From positions 1 to 47,212 of the forward strand of contig JAYZFK010000048.1 of the NCBI GenBank assembly GCA_036336835.1: DNA of 47,212 nt, in the 5' to 3' direction. Of the stretch, positions 26,375 through 36,019 are shown piece after piece. The DNA is from Myxococcota bacterium. Its GTDB lineage: Bacteria; Myxococcota_A; UBA9160; UBA4427. Below the pieces are notes generated by a model. It searched no databases and was not told the origin of the DNA. It was given only the letters and a program-made list of their open reading frames with translations. The translations under genes and the position numbers were made by a program. The stretch's first letter is position 1, and every line of letters begins with the position of its first letter.

Positions 26375-26721
26375 CGCATTCAAACCCAAGGTCCCCAAGG
26401 AGGTATTTGCCGAGGAGTGCATGCAGGGCGCGGCACTTGCAACCAGAAGCACCGAGTCGACGATGGGGGACTATCCGACACCATGTCAAGAGGCAGGCCG
26501 CTGGAACGAGTTCTCGGCAGGGCAGACGCCCCCCCTGCTCTTGCAACCGCCGTCGTGCGCAAAAACACGAGCGGGGCTTCCCGAGCCCGCCCGAGCATCG
26601 ATGACATGACTCGTCGTCGGCGAAACAGGGGGCCTCGGAACGGCGAGGCGAGGCCCCACTCGCCGCTCGTTAGGTTCGGTACAATCGAAGCGGAGGGCCA
26701 ACGCATGAAAAGGAGGACTCG

Positions 26722-27207
26722 GTGCGCCTCTCAATCGCAATCGGATCCGCCGTAGCCTTGCTCGGTTGTACCACGCTTACACCTGCGAGCTTCAGAGCAA
26801 AACCGCCTGAATTCGACCCTATCCAGGGCGGCCCTGTTGTCGTCTTGGCGGGCTACACCGAGCCCGAAGCATGGCGGTTCAACGCCAACGGGATCACATT
26901 CGACTACAACCGAAATGCATTCAGCGAAGACCTGGCACGACTGGTTTCCGGAGCTCTCTCCGGCGCCGGAGTCGCAGTCGGTGAGGGTGGCGACCCGATT
27001 ACCGTGCGCGTCGTATACCTCGACTTCATGTTCCAGGGGCCGTGCATCGTCGACTACGCGGTGAAGTACGGAGAAAGCGCGTGGGCCGGCGGGCAGGCTC
27101 GATACGAGAGCTCGAATTTCGCCACTGCGTGCCGCGAGGCCCTAGAGCTTGCCGCTCACGACATTGTTGCTGACCCGAGGACCCAGCTTCATCTGGGGGA
27201 AGATTGA
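26722..27207 (+). CDS. Hypothetical lipoprotein
   Basis: LLGC lipobox; AGGAGG RBS and TACAAT -10 upstream. Confidence 0.75.
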   Translation: MRLSIAIGSAVALLGCTTLTPASFRAKPPEFDPIQGGPVVVLAGYTEPEAWRFNANGITFDYNRNAFSEDLARLVSGALSGAGVAVGEGGDPITVRVVYLDFMFQGPCIVDYAVKYGESAWAGGQARYESSNFATACREALELAAHDIVADPRTQLHLGED

Positions 27208-27692
27208 TGCGCGCGTTCACGTTCTTTACCGTTGTCGTCCTCGCTGCCGGGTGTGCGGGTACTAGCTCCTTGGACGGCTTCCCACTACCGCCGCGTTCGC
27301 GAGAAACCGGCGCCGTATTCTTCGTAGAGCACCAGCCAAACGACACCCGAAGCTTCGACCAGCTGATCGCAGAAGCGATGAACAGGGCCGGCCTCAGAGC
27401 GCAGCACGGCACTAGGCCAGCGGGCGTCGACTACACGGTGCGCTACATCGACCGATGGTATTGGGACATGCGGACCTACCTCGTCGATCTGCGCATCGAC
27501 GTGGCGGACGCGGGAACCAATGAACTCATCGCAACAGCCAGGTCGTATCAGACTTCGCTGGCGGCTCTCGGGCAGACGCATCGGTCGGTCATCGATACCT
27601 GCGTGCGGGTGCTGACAGAGGGAATGGATGCCGAGCTGGGACGCCGTGCGGAGTTGCGCGCGTCTCAACCGAGTCGGCGAAAACAGCGATGA
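27207..27692 (+). CDS. Hypothetical lipoprotein
   Basis: LAAGC lipobox; TGATG coupling to the upstream gene; YIDRWYWDM motif. Confidence 0.75.
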   Translation: MRAFTFFTVVVLAAGCAGTSSLDGFPLPPRSRETGAVFFVEHQPNDTRSFDQLIAEAMNRAGLRAQHGTRPAGVDYTVRYIDRWYWDMRTYLVDLRIDVADAGTNELIATARSYQTSLAALGQTHRSVIDTCVRVLTEGMDAELGRRAELRASQPSRRKQR

Positions 27693-27876
27693 GCCGGGCC
27701 TCGTCGAGCAGAAGGGTTGCGGCCGGGACCGCTCGGGCCCGCGACCCCCGAGACAGCACTTCACCTGGGCGCCCACGCCGTGGGTGTGAAGCAAGCTGAT
27801 CCGAGCTTCTTCGACCTTGGCGACACCCTACGGCACCCCCCGGCGCGCGGGAGTTGGCTGGAGAGCCGCAACCGGC

Positions 27877-27909
27877 AAGCCCCCTCGCGCAACCGCGCGA
27901 AGGGGCTTT
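27877..27909. terminator. Hairpin terminator just 3' of tRNA-Gly
   Basis: aagcccc-c-tcgcgc aacc gcgcga-a-ggggcttt. Confidence 0.7.
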
Positions 27910-27917
27910 GGAAAACC

Positions 27918-27993
27918 TGGAGCGCGAGACCGGAATCGAACCGGCGACCCTCACGTTGGCAACGTGATGCTCTACCAGCTGAGCTACTCGCGC
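27918..27993 (-). tRNA. tRNA-Gly (GCC)
   Basis: GCGCGAGTAGCTCAGCTGGTAGAGCATCACGTTGCCAACGTGAGGGTCGCCGGTTCGATTCCGGTCTCGCGCTCCA; 76 nt, cloverleaf, encoded CCA. Confidence 0.97.
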
Positions 27994-28016
27994 CCGGAAA
28001 ATTCTCTGGGACCGCA

Positions 28017-28044
28017 GGTTTACGGAATGGGGCCCCGGCGTCAA
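28017..28044 (-). promoter_or_regulatory. Candidate sigma70 promoter for tRNA-Gly
   Basis: TTGACG-16 nt-TAAACC on the minus strand, overlapping the hairpin ggccccggc...gccggggcc after the upstream gene. Confidence 0.45.
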
Positions 28045-28063
28045 CGGGGGCCGGGGCCAGCGG

Positions 28064-29383
28064 CTAGAGCTTGGTGATCTTGTCGCGGCCAGCGGCGACG
28101 TCGCGCGTTGCGTTGCGCGTGTCGAATACCCGCCGGGCCAGCCGCGCCACGCGGTCGTAGTCCACGTCGCTGTGGTCGGCCAGGATGACGACGAGGTCGG
28201 GCTCCGCCAGCGCGGCGTCGGTCAGCTCGATGCCCTTGTAGCCGCGGCCGTCGACCTCGAACTCGGGCACGTGCGGGTCGTGGTAGCGGATCTCGGCGCC
28301 GCGGCCCGCCAGCTGCACGATCACGTCGAGCGCCGGCGACTCGCGCATGTCGCCGACGTCGCGCTTGTAGGCGACGCCGAGGATCAGGATCTGGGCCCCG
28401 TTGACGGACTTGCGCTGATCGTTGAGCAGATCGGCGATGCGATCGGCCACGTGCTCGGGCATCGCGCTGTTGATCTCGGTCGCCAGCTCGATGAAGCGCG
28501 CCGAGAAGTTGAGCGACTTCATCTTCCACGAGAGGTAGCTCGGGTCGACCGGGATGCAGTGCCCGCCCAGGCCGGGCCCCGGGACGAACTTCATGAAGCC
28601 GTACGGCTTGGTGGCCGCCGCCTCGATCACCTCCCAGACGTCGAGTCCAAGACGCTGGCACATCAGCGCCACCTCGTTGGCAAGGCCGATGTTGATGGCG
28701 CGAAAGGTGTTCTCGAGCAGCTTCACCATCTCGGCGCACTGCGTCGACGACACCGGGACGACCCGATCGAAGATGGTCTCGAACACGGCCTGGCCGAGCT
28801 CGGTGCACAGCGGCGTCTCGCCGCCGACCACCTTCGGGACCTGGCGCACGGCGAACTGCTCGTTTCCGGGATCGATCCGCTCGGGCGCGAAGCACAGCGA
28901 GAAATCCTCGCCGACGTTCAGCCCGGTCTCCTCGAGCGCCGACACGAACAGCTCGTGGGTCGTCCCCGGGTAGGTGGTCGAGCCCAGGATCACCAGCTGG
29001 CCCGCGCGCAGCCGCTTGCGGATCTCCTCGATCGCAGCCGCCATGTGCGAGACGTCGGGGTCCTTCTGGCGGGTCAGCGGCGTCGGCACGCAGATGTTGA
29101 TCACGTCGAGCCGCGTGAGCGCGGAGAAGTCGCTGGCGGCGTGGAAGCGCCCGGCCTCGCGCACCAGCGCGAGATCGCTCTCGGGAACGTCCTCGATGTA
29201 GGACCGCCCCTCCTCGAGGCTTCGCACCTTGTGCACGTCGAGGTCGAAGCCGGTGACGTCGAAGCCCGCCTTTGCGAACTCGACGCTGAGCGGCAGCCCG
29301 ACGTAGCCGAGCCCGATCACGCCGATGCGGGCGTCGCGCGACTCGATGCGGCCGCGCAGCTCCTCTAGCCGCTGCGTGGTCAA
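28064..29383 (-). CDS. Nucleotide-sugar dehydrogenase (UDP-GlcNAc 6-dehydrogenase, WbpA/WecC family)
   Basis: GLGYVGLP, ICVPTP, STTYPGTT, PERIDPG, KLLENTFR, GPGLGGHCIPVDP, GVAYK...RESP. Confidence 0.93.
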   Translation of the reverse strand: MTTQRLEELRGRIESRDARIGVIGLGYVGLPLSVEFAKAGFDVTGFDLDVHKVRSLEEGRSYIEDVPESDLALVREAGRFHAASDFSALTRLDVINICVPTPLTRQKDPDVSHMAAAIEEIRKRLRAGQLVILGSTTYPGTTHELFVSALEETGLNVGEDFSLCFAPERIDPGNEQFAVRQVPKVVGGETPLCTELGQAVFETIFDRVVPVSSTQCAEMVKLLENTFRAINIGLANEVALMCQRLGLDVWEVIEAAATKPYGFMKFVPGPGLGGHCIPVDPSYLSWKMKSLNFSARFIELATEINSAMPEHVADRIADLLNDQRKSVNGAQILILGVAYKRDVGDMRESPALDVIVQLAGRGAEIRYHDPHVPEFEVDGRGYKGIELTDAALAEPDLVVILADHSDVDYDRVARLARRVFDTRNATRDVAAGRDKITKL

Positions 29384-30009
29384 GACGGCTGCCTCACCAG
29401 ATCACGGAAGAAGGCCGCAAAGTAGGCGTAGCCCGACCACAGCGTGAGCAGCGTCGCGACGCCGAGAAGAACCAGTCCGATCTGGTGGGCGGGCAGCCCC
29501 AGCGTCGAGTAGTGGAACAGCAGCGCCGAGATCGCCACGTTCTGGCACAGGGTCTTGACCTTGCCATGCCAGGTCGCGGCCATCACCGTCCCGCCCGCGG
29601 AGGCGATGCCGCGCAGGCCGGTCACGGCCAGCTCGCGACCCACGATCACCACCACCATCCAGGTGGCCCAGCTCTCGATGCGCCCGACCGCGACGAGCAT
29701 GATCAGCGAGGTGGCGACCAGCATCTTGTCGGCCAGCGGATCGAGCAGCTTGCCGACCTCGGTCACCTGCTGCCCGCGTCTCGCCAGCCAGCCGTCGATC
29801 ACGTCGGTCGTCGCCGCCAGGATGTAGAGCCAGGCGAGCACGGTGCTGCCGCGCTCGGTCAACATCAGCGGCATACCGAGCATCAGCGGGACGACCGCCA
29901 TGCGCAGCATGGTCAGGGCGTTGGGCAGGTTCCAGATCTGCTCGGAGCGAGCCATCGGATTCCCGGCGGCGACCGCCGGCTTAGCGCCTGCGTGAGTCGC
30001 CTCTCCCAT
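29380..30009 (-). CDS. pgsA: CDP-diacylglycerol--glycerol-3-phosphate 3-phosphatidyltransferase
   Basis: NLPNALTMLR; TDVIDGWLARR...GKLLDPLADK; RELAVTGLR; GKVKT; alternative ATG 29955. Confidence 0.93.
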   Translation of the reverse strand: MGEATHAGAKPAVAAGNPMARSEQIWNLPNALTMLRMAVVPLMLGMPLMLTERGSTVLAWLYILAATTDVIDGWLARRGQQVTEVGKLLDPLADKMLVATSLIMLVAVGRIESWATWMVVVIVGRELAVTGLRGIASAGGTVMAATWHGKVKTLCQNVAISALLFHYSTLGLPAHQIGLVLLGVATLLTLWSGYAYFAAFFRDLVRQPS

Positions 30010-30067
30010 CTCATCCCCCGCGAAATGAGATCGGCACGCAGCCGGACGTTCGCCCCTCGAGCGCCGG

Positions 30068-30703
30068 CTAGCGCTGCGCGAAGTCACGATGGTAGCCACG
30101 ATAATAGTGGAGCACCCGGGACACGTACTGCTGGGTCTCCCGGTAGGGCGGCACGCCGCGATACCGATCGACCGCTCGCGGACCGGCGTTGTAGGCCGCC
30201 AGCGCCCGGCTCATGTCGCCGTAGCGGTCGAGCAGCTCGCGCAGGTAGCGGGTGCCGCCGAGCACGTTGTCGCGCGGCGAGTACGGGTCGCTGACTCCGA
30301 GTCCCAGAGCCGTCTCGGGCATCAGCTGCATCAGCCCCTGGGCGCCCTTGTGCGATGTGGCGGTCGGATCGAAGTCCGATTCCGCGGCGATTACCGCCTT
30401 GACCAGGGCCGGAGCGACGTCGTAGGCGCTCGCGGCCCGCTCGATCAGCCGGTCGTAGCCCCGGTTGGCCGGGATGGGCCGGGAGCCCATGATTCGGGCG
30501 CCTTCGCGCACCAGCCCGTGCGCGGTCAGGAATACCCGGTGGAACTTGCGGTCGTTCGGGACGTTGGTGAAGTGCACCGTGCCATCCGGACCGGTGTAGC
30601 GGTACAGCGGTTGACCGGCGTGCGAGAGCGCCGCTCCCAGCGAGAAGGCCACGGCCACCATCACGAACTTTGCGCGCAAAGGGCCGATCAGCCGACCGAG
30701 CAT
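30068..30703 (-). CDS. Lytic transglycosylase (SLT domain) with small N-terminal DUF4124-like domain
   Basis: AVIAAESDF, SHKGAQGLMQLMP, ALAAYNAGP, PPYRETQQYV; N-terminal YRYTGPDGTVHFTNVP. Confidence 0.92.
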   Translation of the reverse strand: MLGRLIGPLRAKFVMVAVAFSLGAALSHAGQPLYRYTGPDGTVHFTNVPNDRKFHRVFLTAHGLVREGARIMGSRPIPANRGYDRLIERAASAYDVAPALVKAVIAAESDFDPTATSHKGAQGLMQLMPETALGLGVSDPYSPRDNVLGGTRYLRELLDRYGDMSRALAAYNAGPRAVDRYRGVPPYRETQQYVSRVLHYYRGYHRDFAQR

Positions 30704-30835
30704 CCGAATCTCTCAATCCCCGCGGGGCGCGGGGTCGGGGCTGCTGCTGCACCGCTGCGATTGCAGCCCGGCACGCTGCCCGGATAGACTTTCGTGTCAC
30801 GCGCTCATCGGAGTCCCTGGACAGAACCCTGAGCC

Positions 30836-32470
30836 TTGCCGGAATCCCGCGACCGACGCTCTTTCGACTTCCTGGTGCTGGGAAGCGGCATCGCAGGGCT
30901 GTTCTACGCCCTGCGCGTGGCCGAGCACGGGCAGGTCGGCATCGTCACCAAGAAGCGCGGTGCCGACTCGGCCACCAACTGGGCCCAGGGCGGCATCGCG
31001 GCCGTAATGGGCCCCGACGACGCCCTCGAGGATCACGTCCAGGACACCCTCACCGCCGGCGCCGGCCTGTGCCAACGAGACGTCGTCGAGCGGGTGGTCG
31101 AGCGCGGGCCCGCGATGCTCGACGCCCTGCTCAAGTACGGCGTCGAGTTCGATCGCGAGCGCGGCGCGGCTGGCGCAGCGTTCGAGCTCGGACGCGAGGG
31201 CGGCCACACCCGCCGCCGCATCCTGCATCACCGCGACCTCACGGGCCACGAGATCGAGTCCGCCCTGCTCGCTCGTGTCTCCGCCCACCCGCGGATCGAC
31301 GTGTTCGAGGACCACTGCGCGATCGACCTGCTGACGGCGCACAAGGCGGGTCGCACGGAAGCAAACCGGGCCCTGGGCGCCTACGTGCTCGATGCGCGCA
31401 GCGGCCAGGTGCTGCGCTTCCTGGCCCCCACCACCCTGCTTGCAACCGGGGGTGCGGGCAAGATCTACCTCTACACGAGCAACCCGGACATCGCGTCGGG
31501 CGACGGCATGGCGATCGCGTACCGCGCGGGCGCGACGCTCGCAAACATGGAGTTCTTCCAGTTCCACCCGACCTGCCTCTACCACCCGCAGGCCAAGTCG
31601 TTCCTGATCTCGGAAGCCGTGCGGGGCGAGGGCGGTGTGCTGCGAGGCAGCGACGGCAAGGCCTTCATGGCCGGCTATCACCCGATGGCGGACCTGGCGC
31701 CACGCGACATCGTGGCGCGCGCCATCGACACCGAGCTCAAGCGCTCCGGCGAGGACTCGGTGTTCCTCGACATCTCGCACCGCGAGGCCGACTACCTGCG
31801 CGAGCGCTTCCCGAACATCACCGGCCGCTGCCTCGAGTTCGGCATCGACATCACCACCGATCCGATCCCGGTCGTCCCGGCGGCGCACTACTGCTGCGGC
31901 GGCGTGCGCACCAACGCGGACGGGGAGACGGATCTGACCAACCTGTTCGCGGCCGGCGAGGTCGCGAGCACCGGGCTCCACGGCGCCAACCGGCTGGCCT
32001 CGAACTCGCTGCTCGAGGCCCTGGTGTTCGCCGAGGCGGCGGCGGACGCCGCCATCGCGCGGAGCGGGGAGCAATCCGAGGTCGGCGAGGTCCCCGCCTG
32101 GGAGGAGGGCGAAGCGACCGAGAGCCACGAGGCGGTGGTGATCACCCAGAACTGGGACGAGATTCGCCGCTTCATGTGGAACTACGTCAGCATCGTGCGC
32201 AGCGACAAGCGGCTGGCCCGCGCGAAGCGGCGCGTGTCGCTGCTGCAGCAAGAGATCGACGAGTACTACTGGAACTTCCGCATCACGCCCGACCTGATCG
32301 AGCTGCGCAATCTGGCGACGACCGCCAGGCTCGTGATCGCGGCCGCGCAATCGCGCAAAGAGAGCCGCGGGCTGCACTACAACCTCGACCACCCCGAGCG
32401 TGACGACGATCGGTTCGCCCGCGACACCCTGCTGCAGCGCGGCGAGGAGCCGCGTCAGAGCCCGGCGTGA
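30836..32470 (+). CDS. nadB: L-aspartate oxidase
   Basis: [72 protein letters not shown]. Confidence 0.95.
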   Translation: MPESRDRRSFDFLVLGSGIAGLFYALRVAEHGQVGIVTKKRGADSATNWAQGGIAAVMGPDDALEDHVQDTLTAGAGLCQRDVVERVVERGPAMLDALLKYGVEFDRERGAAGAAFELGREGGHTRRRILHHRDLTGHEIESALLARVSAHPRIDVFEDHCAIDLLTAHKAGRTEANRALGAYVLDARSGQVLRFLAPTTLLATGGAGKIYLYTSNPDIASGDGMAIAYRAGATLANMEFFQFHPTCLYHPQAKSFLISEAVRGEGGVLRGSDGKAFMAGYHPMADLAPRDIVARAIDTELKRSGEDSVFLDISHREADYLRERFPNITGRCLEFGIDITTDPIPVVPAAHYCCGGVRTNADGETDLTNLFAAGEVASTGLHGANRLASNSLLEALVFAEAAADAAIARSGEQSEVGEVPAWEEGEATESHEAVVITQNWDEIRRFMWNYVSIVRSDKRLARAKRRVSLLQQEIDEYYWNFRITPDLIELRNLATTARLVIAAAQSRKESRGLHYNLDHPERDDDRFARDTLLQRGEEPRQSPA

Positions 32471-32527
32471 GCGCACCGCTCGCACGCTGACACTGCGCGT
32501 CGAGGACCGCGAGCGACGGCAGGTGCA

Positions 32528-33337
32528 TCACTCGGGCGTGACGTAGGCCCCGCTGAGTCCACCGTCGACGAGGAATGTCGTACCGTTCACATAGGACGAG
32601 TCGGGTGAGGCGAGGAACAGCGCTGCGCGCGCAATCTCGCTGGCCTCGGCCAGACGGCCCATCGGAAGGTGCACCATGCGCCGCGCCCGCACCTCGGGAT
32701 CCGCCAGGAACTCGGCGAGCAGCGGCGTGTTGACCGGACCGGGGCACAGAGCATTGGCGCGGATGCCCTGCCGTGCGTATTCGACCGCGATCTCGCGCGT
32801 CATGGCCAGCACACCCCCCTTGCTGGCGGTGTAGGCGATCTGCGAAGTCGCCGAGCCCACCACCGCCACGAAGGACGCGGTATTGACGATCGAACCGCCG
32901 CCCGAGGCGAGCAGCGCCGGGATCCCGTGCTTGCAGCCGAGGAAGACACCCTTCAGGTTGACGTCGATCACGCGCTGCCAGAGCTCCTCCGAGGTGTCAA
33001 CGGGCGAGCCATCGCCCTCGGGGAAGATCCCGGCGTTGTTGAACAGGACGTGCAGCCCGCCGAACTCGCGCTGCGCGGTCGCAACGGCCTCGCGCATCTG
33101 GTCGCTCTGCGAGACGTCCGCGCGCGCAAGGCAGGCACGCCCACCGGCTGCGCGGATCTCCTCGACGCACTGCTCGCCGGCGTCCGCGCTCGCGTCACAC
33201 ACCACCACCGCAGCGCCGGCTTGCGCGAACAACAGCGCCGACTCGCGGCCGATGCCGCTCGCGGCACCCGTGATCAGGGCAACCCGGCCGTCCAGGCGAA
33301 ACAGCGGAAACCGGGAATCGGGAGATTCGCTCTGCAC
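32528..33337 (-). CDS. SDR family oxidoreductase (classical)
   Basis: TGAASGIG, NNAG, NTASFVA, YTASKGG. Confidence 0.93.
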   Translation of the reverse strand: MQSESPDSRFPLFRLDGRVALITGAASGIGRESALLFAQAGAAVVVCDASADAGEQCVEEIRAAGGRACLARADVSQSDQMREAVATAQREFGGLHVLFNNAGIFPEGDGSPVDTSEELWQRVIDVNLKGVFLGCKHGIPALLASGGGSIVNTASFVAVVGSATSQIAYTASKGGVLAMTREIAVEYARQGIRANALCPGPVNTPLLAEFLADPEVRARRMVHLPMGRLAEASEIARAALFLASPDSSYVNGTTFLVDGGLSGAYVTPE

Positions 33338-33352
33338 GCCCGCAACGCTCGC

Positions 33353-34570
33353 TCAGTCGACGAGCGCAATCAATCCGCGCTCGACCAGCCGCGCCAGCAG
33401 CTGACGGATCTCCTCGTCCGGCTCGGGGATCGCATCGATCACCTTGCCCAGGCTCATTCCCACTGCGGCGAGATCGAGGATCGCCTCCTCGGCCTGCGAC
33501 AGCTCGCAAGCGGCGGCGGCGAGCTTCTCGCGGTCGACGCGCAGCCTGGCGGCCGGCGGGAAGGCCCCCGGGGCCGTGCGCCGGCTCTCGTCGAGCAGCC
33601 GAAGCGCACCGAGGATCGCCGCGTCGAGCGGCACCGGATCGCCGCGGTACCACGCCGGGGACGCCTTCGCAGTGAACTCGAAGGTGCCGGTCCGCCAGGC
33701 CAGCACCCGAGCCAGCGCCTTGCGCCCGAACGCCTCGCCGAGCTGAACACCGCACAGCATGCCCCGCTCGAACACGACCACGGCCTCGTCATCGCCGTTT
33801 GCCAGCAACAGCGTCCCCTGCTGCGAGCAGCTGCCAAACATCTGCAACACGTTCTCGATCCCGATCTCGGCGACCGGACCGCTGATGCCACCGAGGCGCC
33901 AGCTGTCCTCGGCCAGCTGCAGCTCGCGCAGGAAGCCGAGCACCGCCTCGGCATCGCTCGGCGGCACCTCGAAGTGCACCCCGAGCGCGACCCCGATGCC
34001 GGGCCGCTGGACCTGGCGCACGACGGTGGCCCGGACCTCGAGCTCCGTGCGGCTGGTCGGATTTGCGATCGCCAGCTCGACGACGTCGCCGACCGGGACG
34101 GACTCGCCCTCGATCGCGACCAGTGTCCCGCTCGTGCTGAGATCGCGCGAACGGCCCTCGATCTCGCGTCCACCACGCGCGCGGATCAGAACCGGGACCC
34201 GAACGGGTGCGCGCTGAGCAATCCGATGGCCCGGCCCGCAGGCGCTGCCATCCTCGGACGCCATGCGCGCGAGCACGGGCTCGAGGCGCTCGCGCAGGTC
34301 GCTGGGGTTCAGCGAGAACTGGACCGCCACGCCGACGGGGCTCCCCGCGTGTACGTGCTCGGGGGAGTCGACTCGCACCACCTCGCCGTCGAGCGAGATC
34401 GACTGGTCGCACCAGCGCAGCGCCAGGTCGATGCGCACCGGATCGCGCATGCCGAACCCCGCATTCGTCTCGATGAATACGCCGCCGTTCGAAATATTGC
34501 TGACGTACTCGGCCCGGAAAGCGGCCTCCGAGTCGAAGTCGATGCGCAGTGATCTCGCTTCGTCGAACAC
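33353..34570 (-). CDS. Tandem PilZ domain + DUF4388-like domain protein
   Basis: PilZ1 NISNGGVFI; PilZ2 RIAQR...DLSTSG; ISGPVAEIGIENVLQMFG...GTL...LAWRTGTFEF. Confidence 0.85.
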   Translation of the reverse strand: MFDEARSLRIDFDSEAAFRAEYVSNISNGGVFIETNAGFGMRDPVRIDLALRWCDQSISLDGEVVRVDSPEHVHAGSPVGVAVQFSLNPSDLRERLEPVLARMASEDGSACGPGHRIAQRAPVRVPVLIRARGGREIEGRSRDLSTSGTLVAIEGESVPVGDVVELAIANPTSRTELEVRATVVRQVQRPGIGVALGVHFEVPPSDAEAVLGFLRELQLAEDSWRLGGISGPVAEIGIENVLQMFGSCSQQGTLLLANGDDEAVVVFERGMLCGVQLGEAFGRKALARVLAWRTGTFEFTAKASPAWYRGDPVPLDAAILGALRLLDESRRTAPGAFPPAARLRVDREKLAAAACELSQAEEAILDLAAVGMSLGKVIDAIPEPDEEIRQLLARLVERGLIALVD

Positions 34571-34633
34571 CCCGACCTCCCCGCCAGCCGGATCGGTCGA
34601 ACGACGAACGGACTGGACATCCGGTGCGGAGGG

Positions 34634-36019
34634 TCAGATGCGCTCGAACCAGCGAGCGCGCTCGACATCGGTGACGGCTCGCGCGGCGGCCGCCGACTCG
34701 GTACGCGCGAAGTGCAGGATGTGCTCTACGACATCGCCGCCGAAGGCCTTTCGAGCAAACGAGCTGTCGTCGAAGCGCTCGATCGCCGCGTCGAGGCTGC
34801 GCGGCACGCGCGGCAGGTCGGCGGCCGCGTACGCATCGCCGACGAAGGCGGGCTCGGGCTCGAGGCGGCGCTCGATGCCGTCGAGCGCGGAGGCGATCAG
34901 GCCGGCATAGGCGAGGTAGGGGTTGGCGTCGCCGCCCGGGATCCGGCACTCGACGCGCAGCGACGGGCCCCGTCCGACGACGCGAAAGCCCACCGTGCGA
35001 TTGTCGTAGCTCCAGGCCACGCGCGTGGGAGCGAAGCTGCCGTCCTGGTAGCGCTTGTACGAGTTCGAGTTCGGCGCGAACAGCAGCGCGAACTCGCGCG
35101 CGTGGTCGAGCATGCCCGCGAGCGCGTAGCGGAAGGTGGGTGCGGCGACCAGATCGGTGCCCGGCACGGACTCGTCCCCGGCGAAGGCCGGCGTCCCGTC
35201 GTCGCGCGCCATGCTGAGGTGGATGTGCAGGCTGTTGCCGGCGTGGTCGTGATGCCACTTCGCCATGAAGGTGAGCGCCCGCCCCTGGGCGGCCGCGATC
35301 TCCTTGGCGGCGAGCTTGTAGATCACGTGGCGATCTGCCATCTCGACCGCGGGCGCGTAGCGCAGATTGATCTCGTGCTGCCCCGGTCCCCACTCGCCCT
35401 TGCTGAACTCGACCGGGATCGCCGACGCGTCGACGCCCGCGCGGATCGCCCCGATCACCGGCTCCGCAAAGCTGCTCGACAGCACGTGGTAATCCTCGAT
35501 GTAGGACTGACTCGTGCGCAGCTGCCGATAGCCCCGCTCGCGCGCGCTCGCGTACGTCTCGTCGAACAGAAAGAATTCGAGTTCGCTGCCGACGTGCGGG
35601 TGCAGCCCGGCCTGGCTGGCGAGGCCGACCTGGCGGCGCAGGATGCGGCGCGGTGACACCTCGATCGGCTCATCGCGATCGTCGTGGAGGGCGTCGCACA
35701 GCACGAGTGCGGTGCGCTCCTGCCAGGCGGCGCGGCGCAGGGTGTCCAAATCCGGCACCGCGTGCAGGTCGCCGTAGCCACTCGCCCAGCTGGTGAAGCT
35801 GTAGCCGGGCGTCGGATCCATCTCGATGTCGCAGGCGAGCAGGTAGTCGCACACATGCATCCCACCGTGCGCGATCTCGTCGAGGAAGAACTCGCCCATG
35901 ATCCGCTTCCCGACGAGCCGGCCGTACAGATCGGGCAGCGCCGTGACGACCGTGTCGATCCGCTCGGCGCGGATCTCCTCGGTCAGGGCGGCGAGCGACA
36001 GGCGCCCCTTCTCGTTCAC
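34634..36019 (-). CDS. Glutamine synthetase-family protein (gamma-glutamyl-amine ligase, PuuA/GlnA4-like)
   Basis: DLYGRLVGKR, ELEFF, EWGPGQHEIN, TFMAK, GNSLHIH, NSYKRY, DNRT, RVECRIPGGDANPY. Confidence 0.9.
   Translation of the reverse strand: MNEKGRLSLAALTEEIRAERIDTVVTALPDLYGRLVGKRIMGEFFLDEIAHGGMHVCDYLLACDIEMDPTPGYSFTSWASGYGDLHAVPDLDTLRRAAWQERTALVLCDALHDDRDEPIEVSPRRILRRQVGLASQAGLHPHVGSELEFFLFDETYASARERGYRQLRTSQSYIEDYHVLSSSFAEPVIGAIRAGVDASAIPVEFSKGEWGPGQHEINLRYAPAVEMADRHVIYKLAAKEIAAAQGRALTFMAKWHHDHAGNSLHIHLSMARDDGTPAFAGDESVPGTDLVAAPTFRYALAGMLDHAREFALLFAPNSNSYKRYQDGSFAPTRVAWSYDNRTVGFRVVGRGPSLRVECRIPGGDANPYLAYAGLIASALDGIERRLEPEPAFVGDAYAAADLPRVPRSLDAAIERFDDSSFARKAFGGDVVEHILHFARTESAAAARAVTDVERARWFERI

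Noticed and set aside
25715..26680. Integron attC-like GTTRRRY cores (GTTGGAT after the SHOCT gene, GTTAGGT near 26669)
   Set aside because: No matching complementary R'' box or L boxes could be identified by eye, and no integrase is present
27693..27993. Prophage/ICE attachment site at tRNA-Gly
   Set aside because: No duplicated tRNA 3' end or recombinase seen in the window; the tRNA terminator is intact
27918..27993. tRNA-Gly as substrate of the TrcP-like deaminase
   Set aside because: Position 32 is already T (loop TTGCCAA), and the gene is 16 kb away
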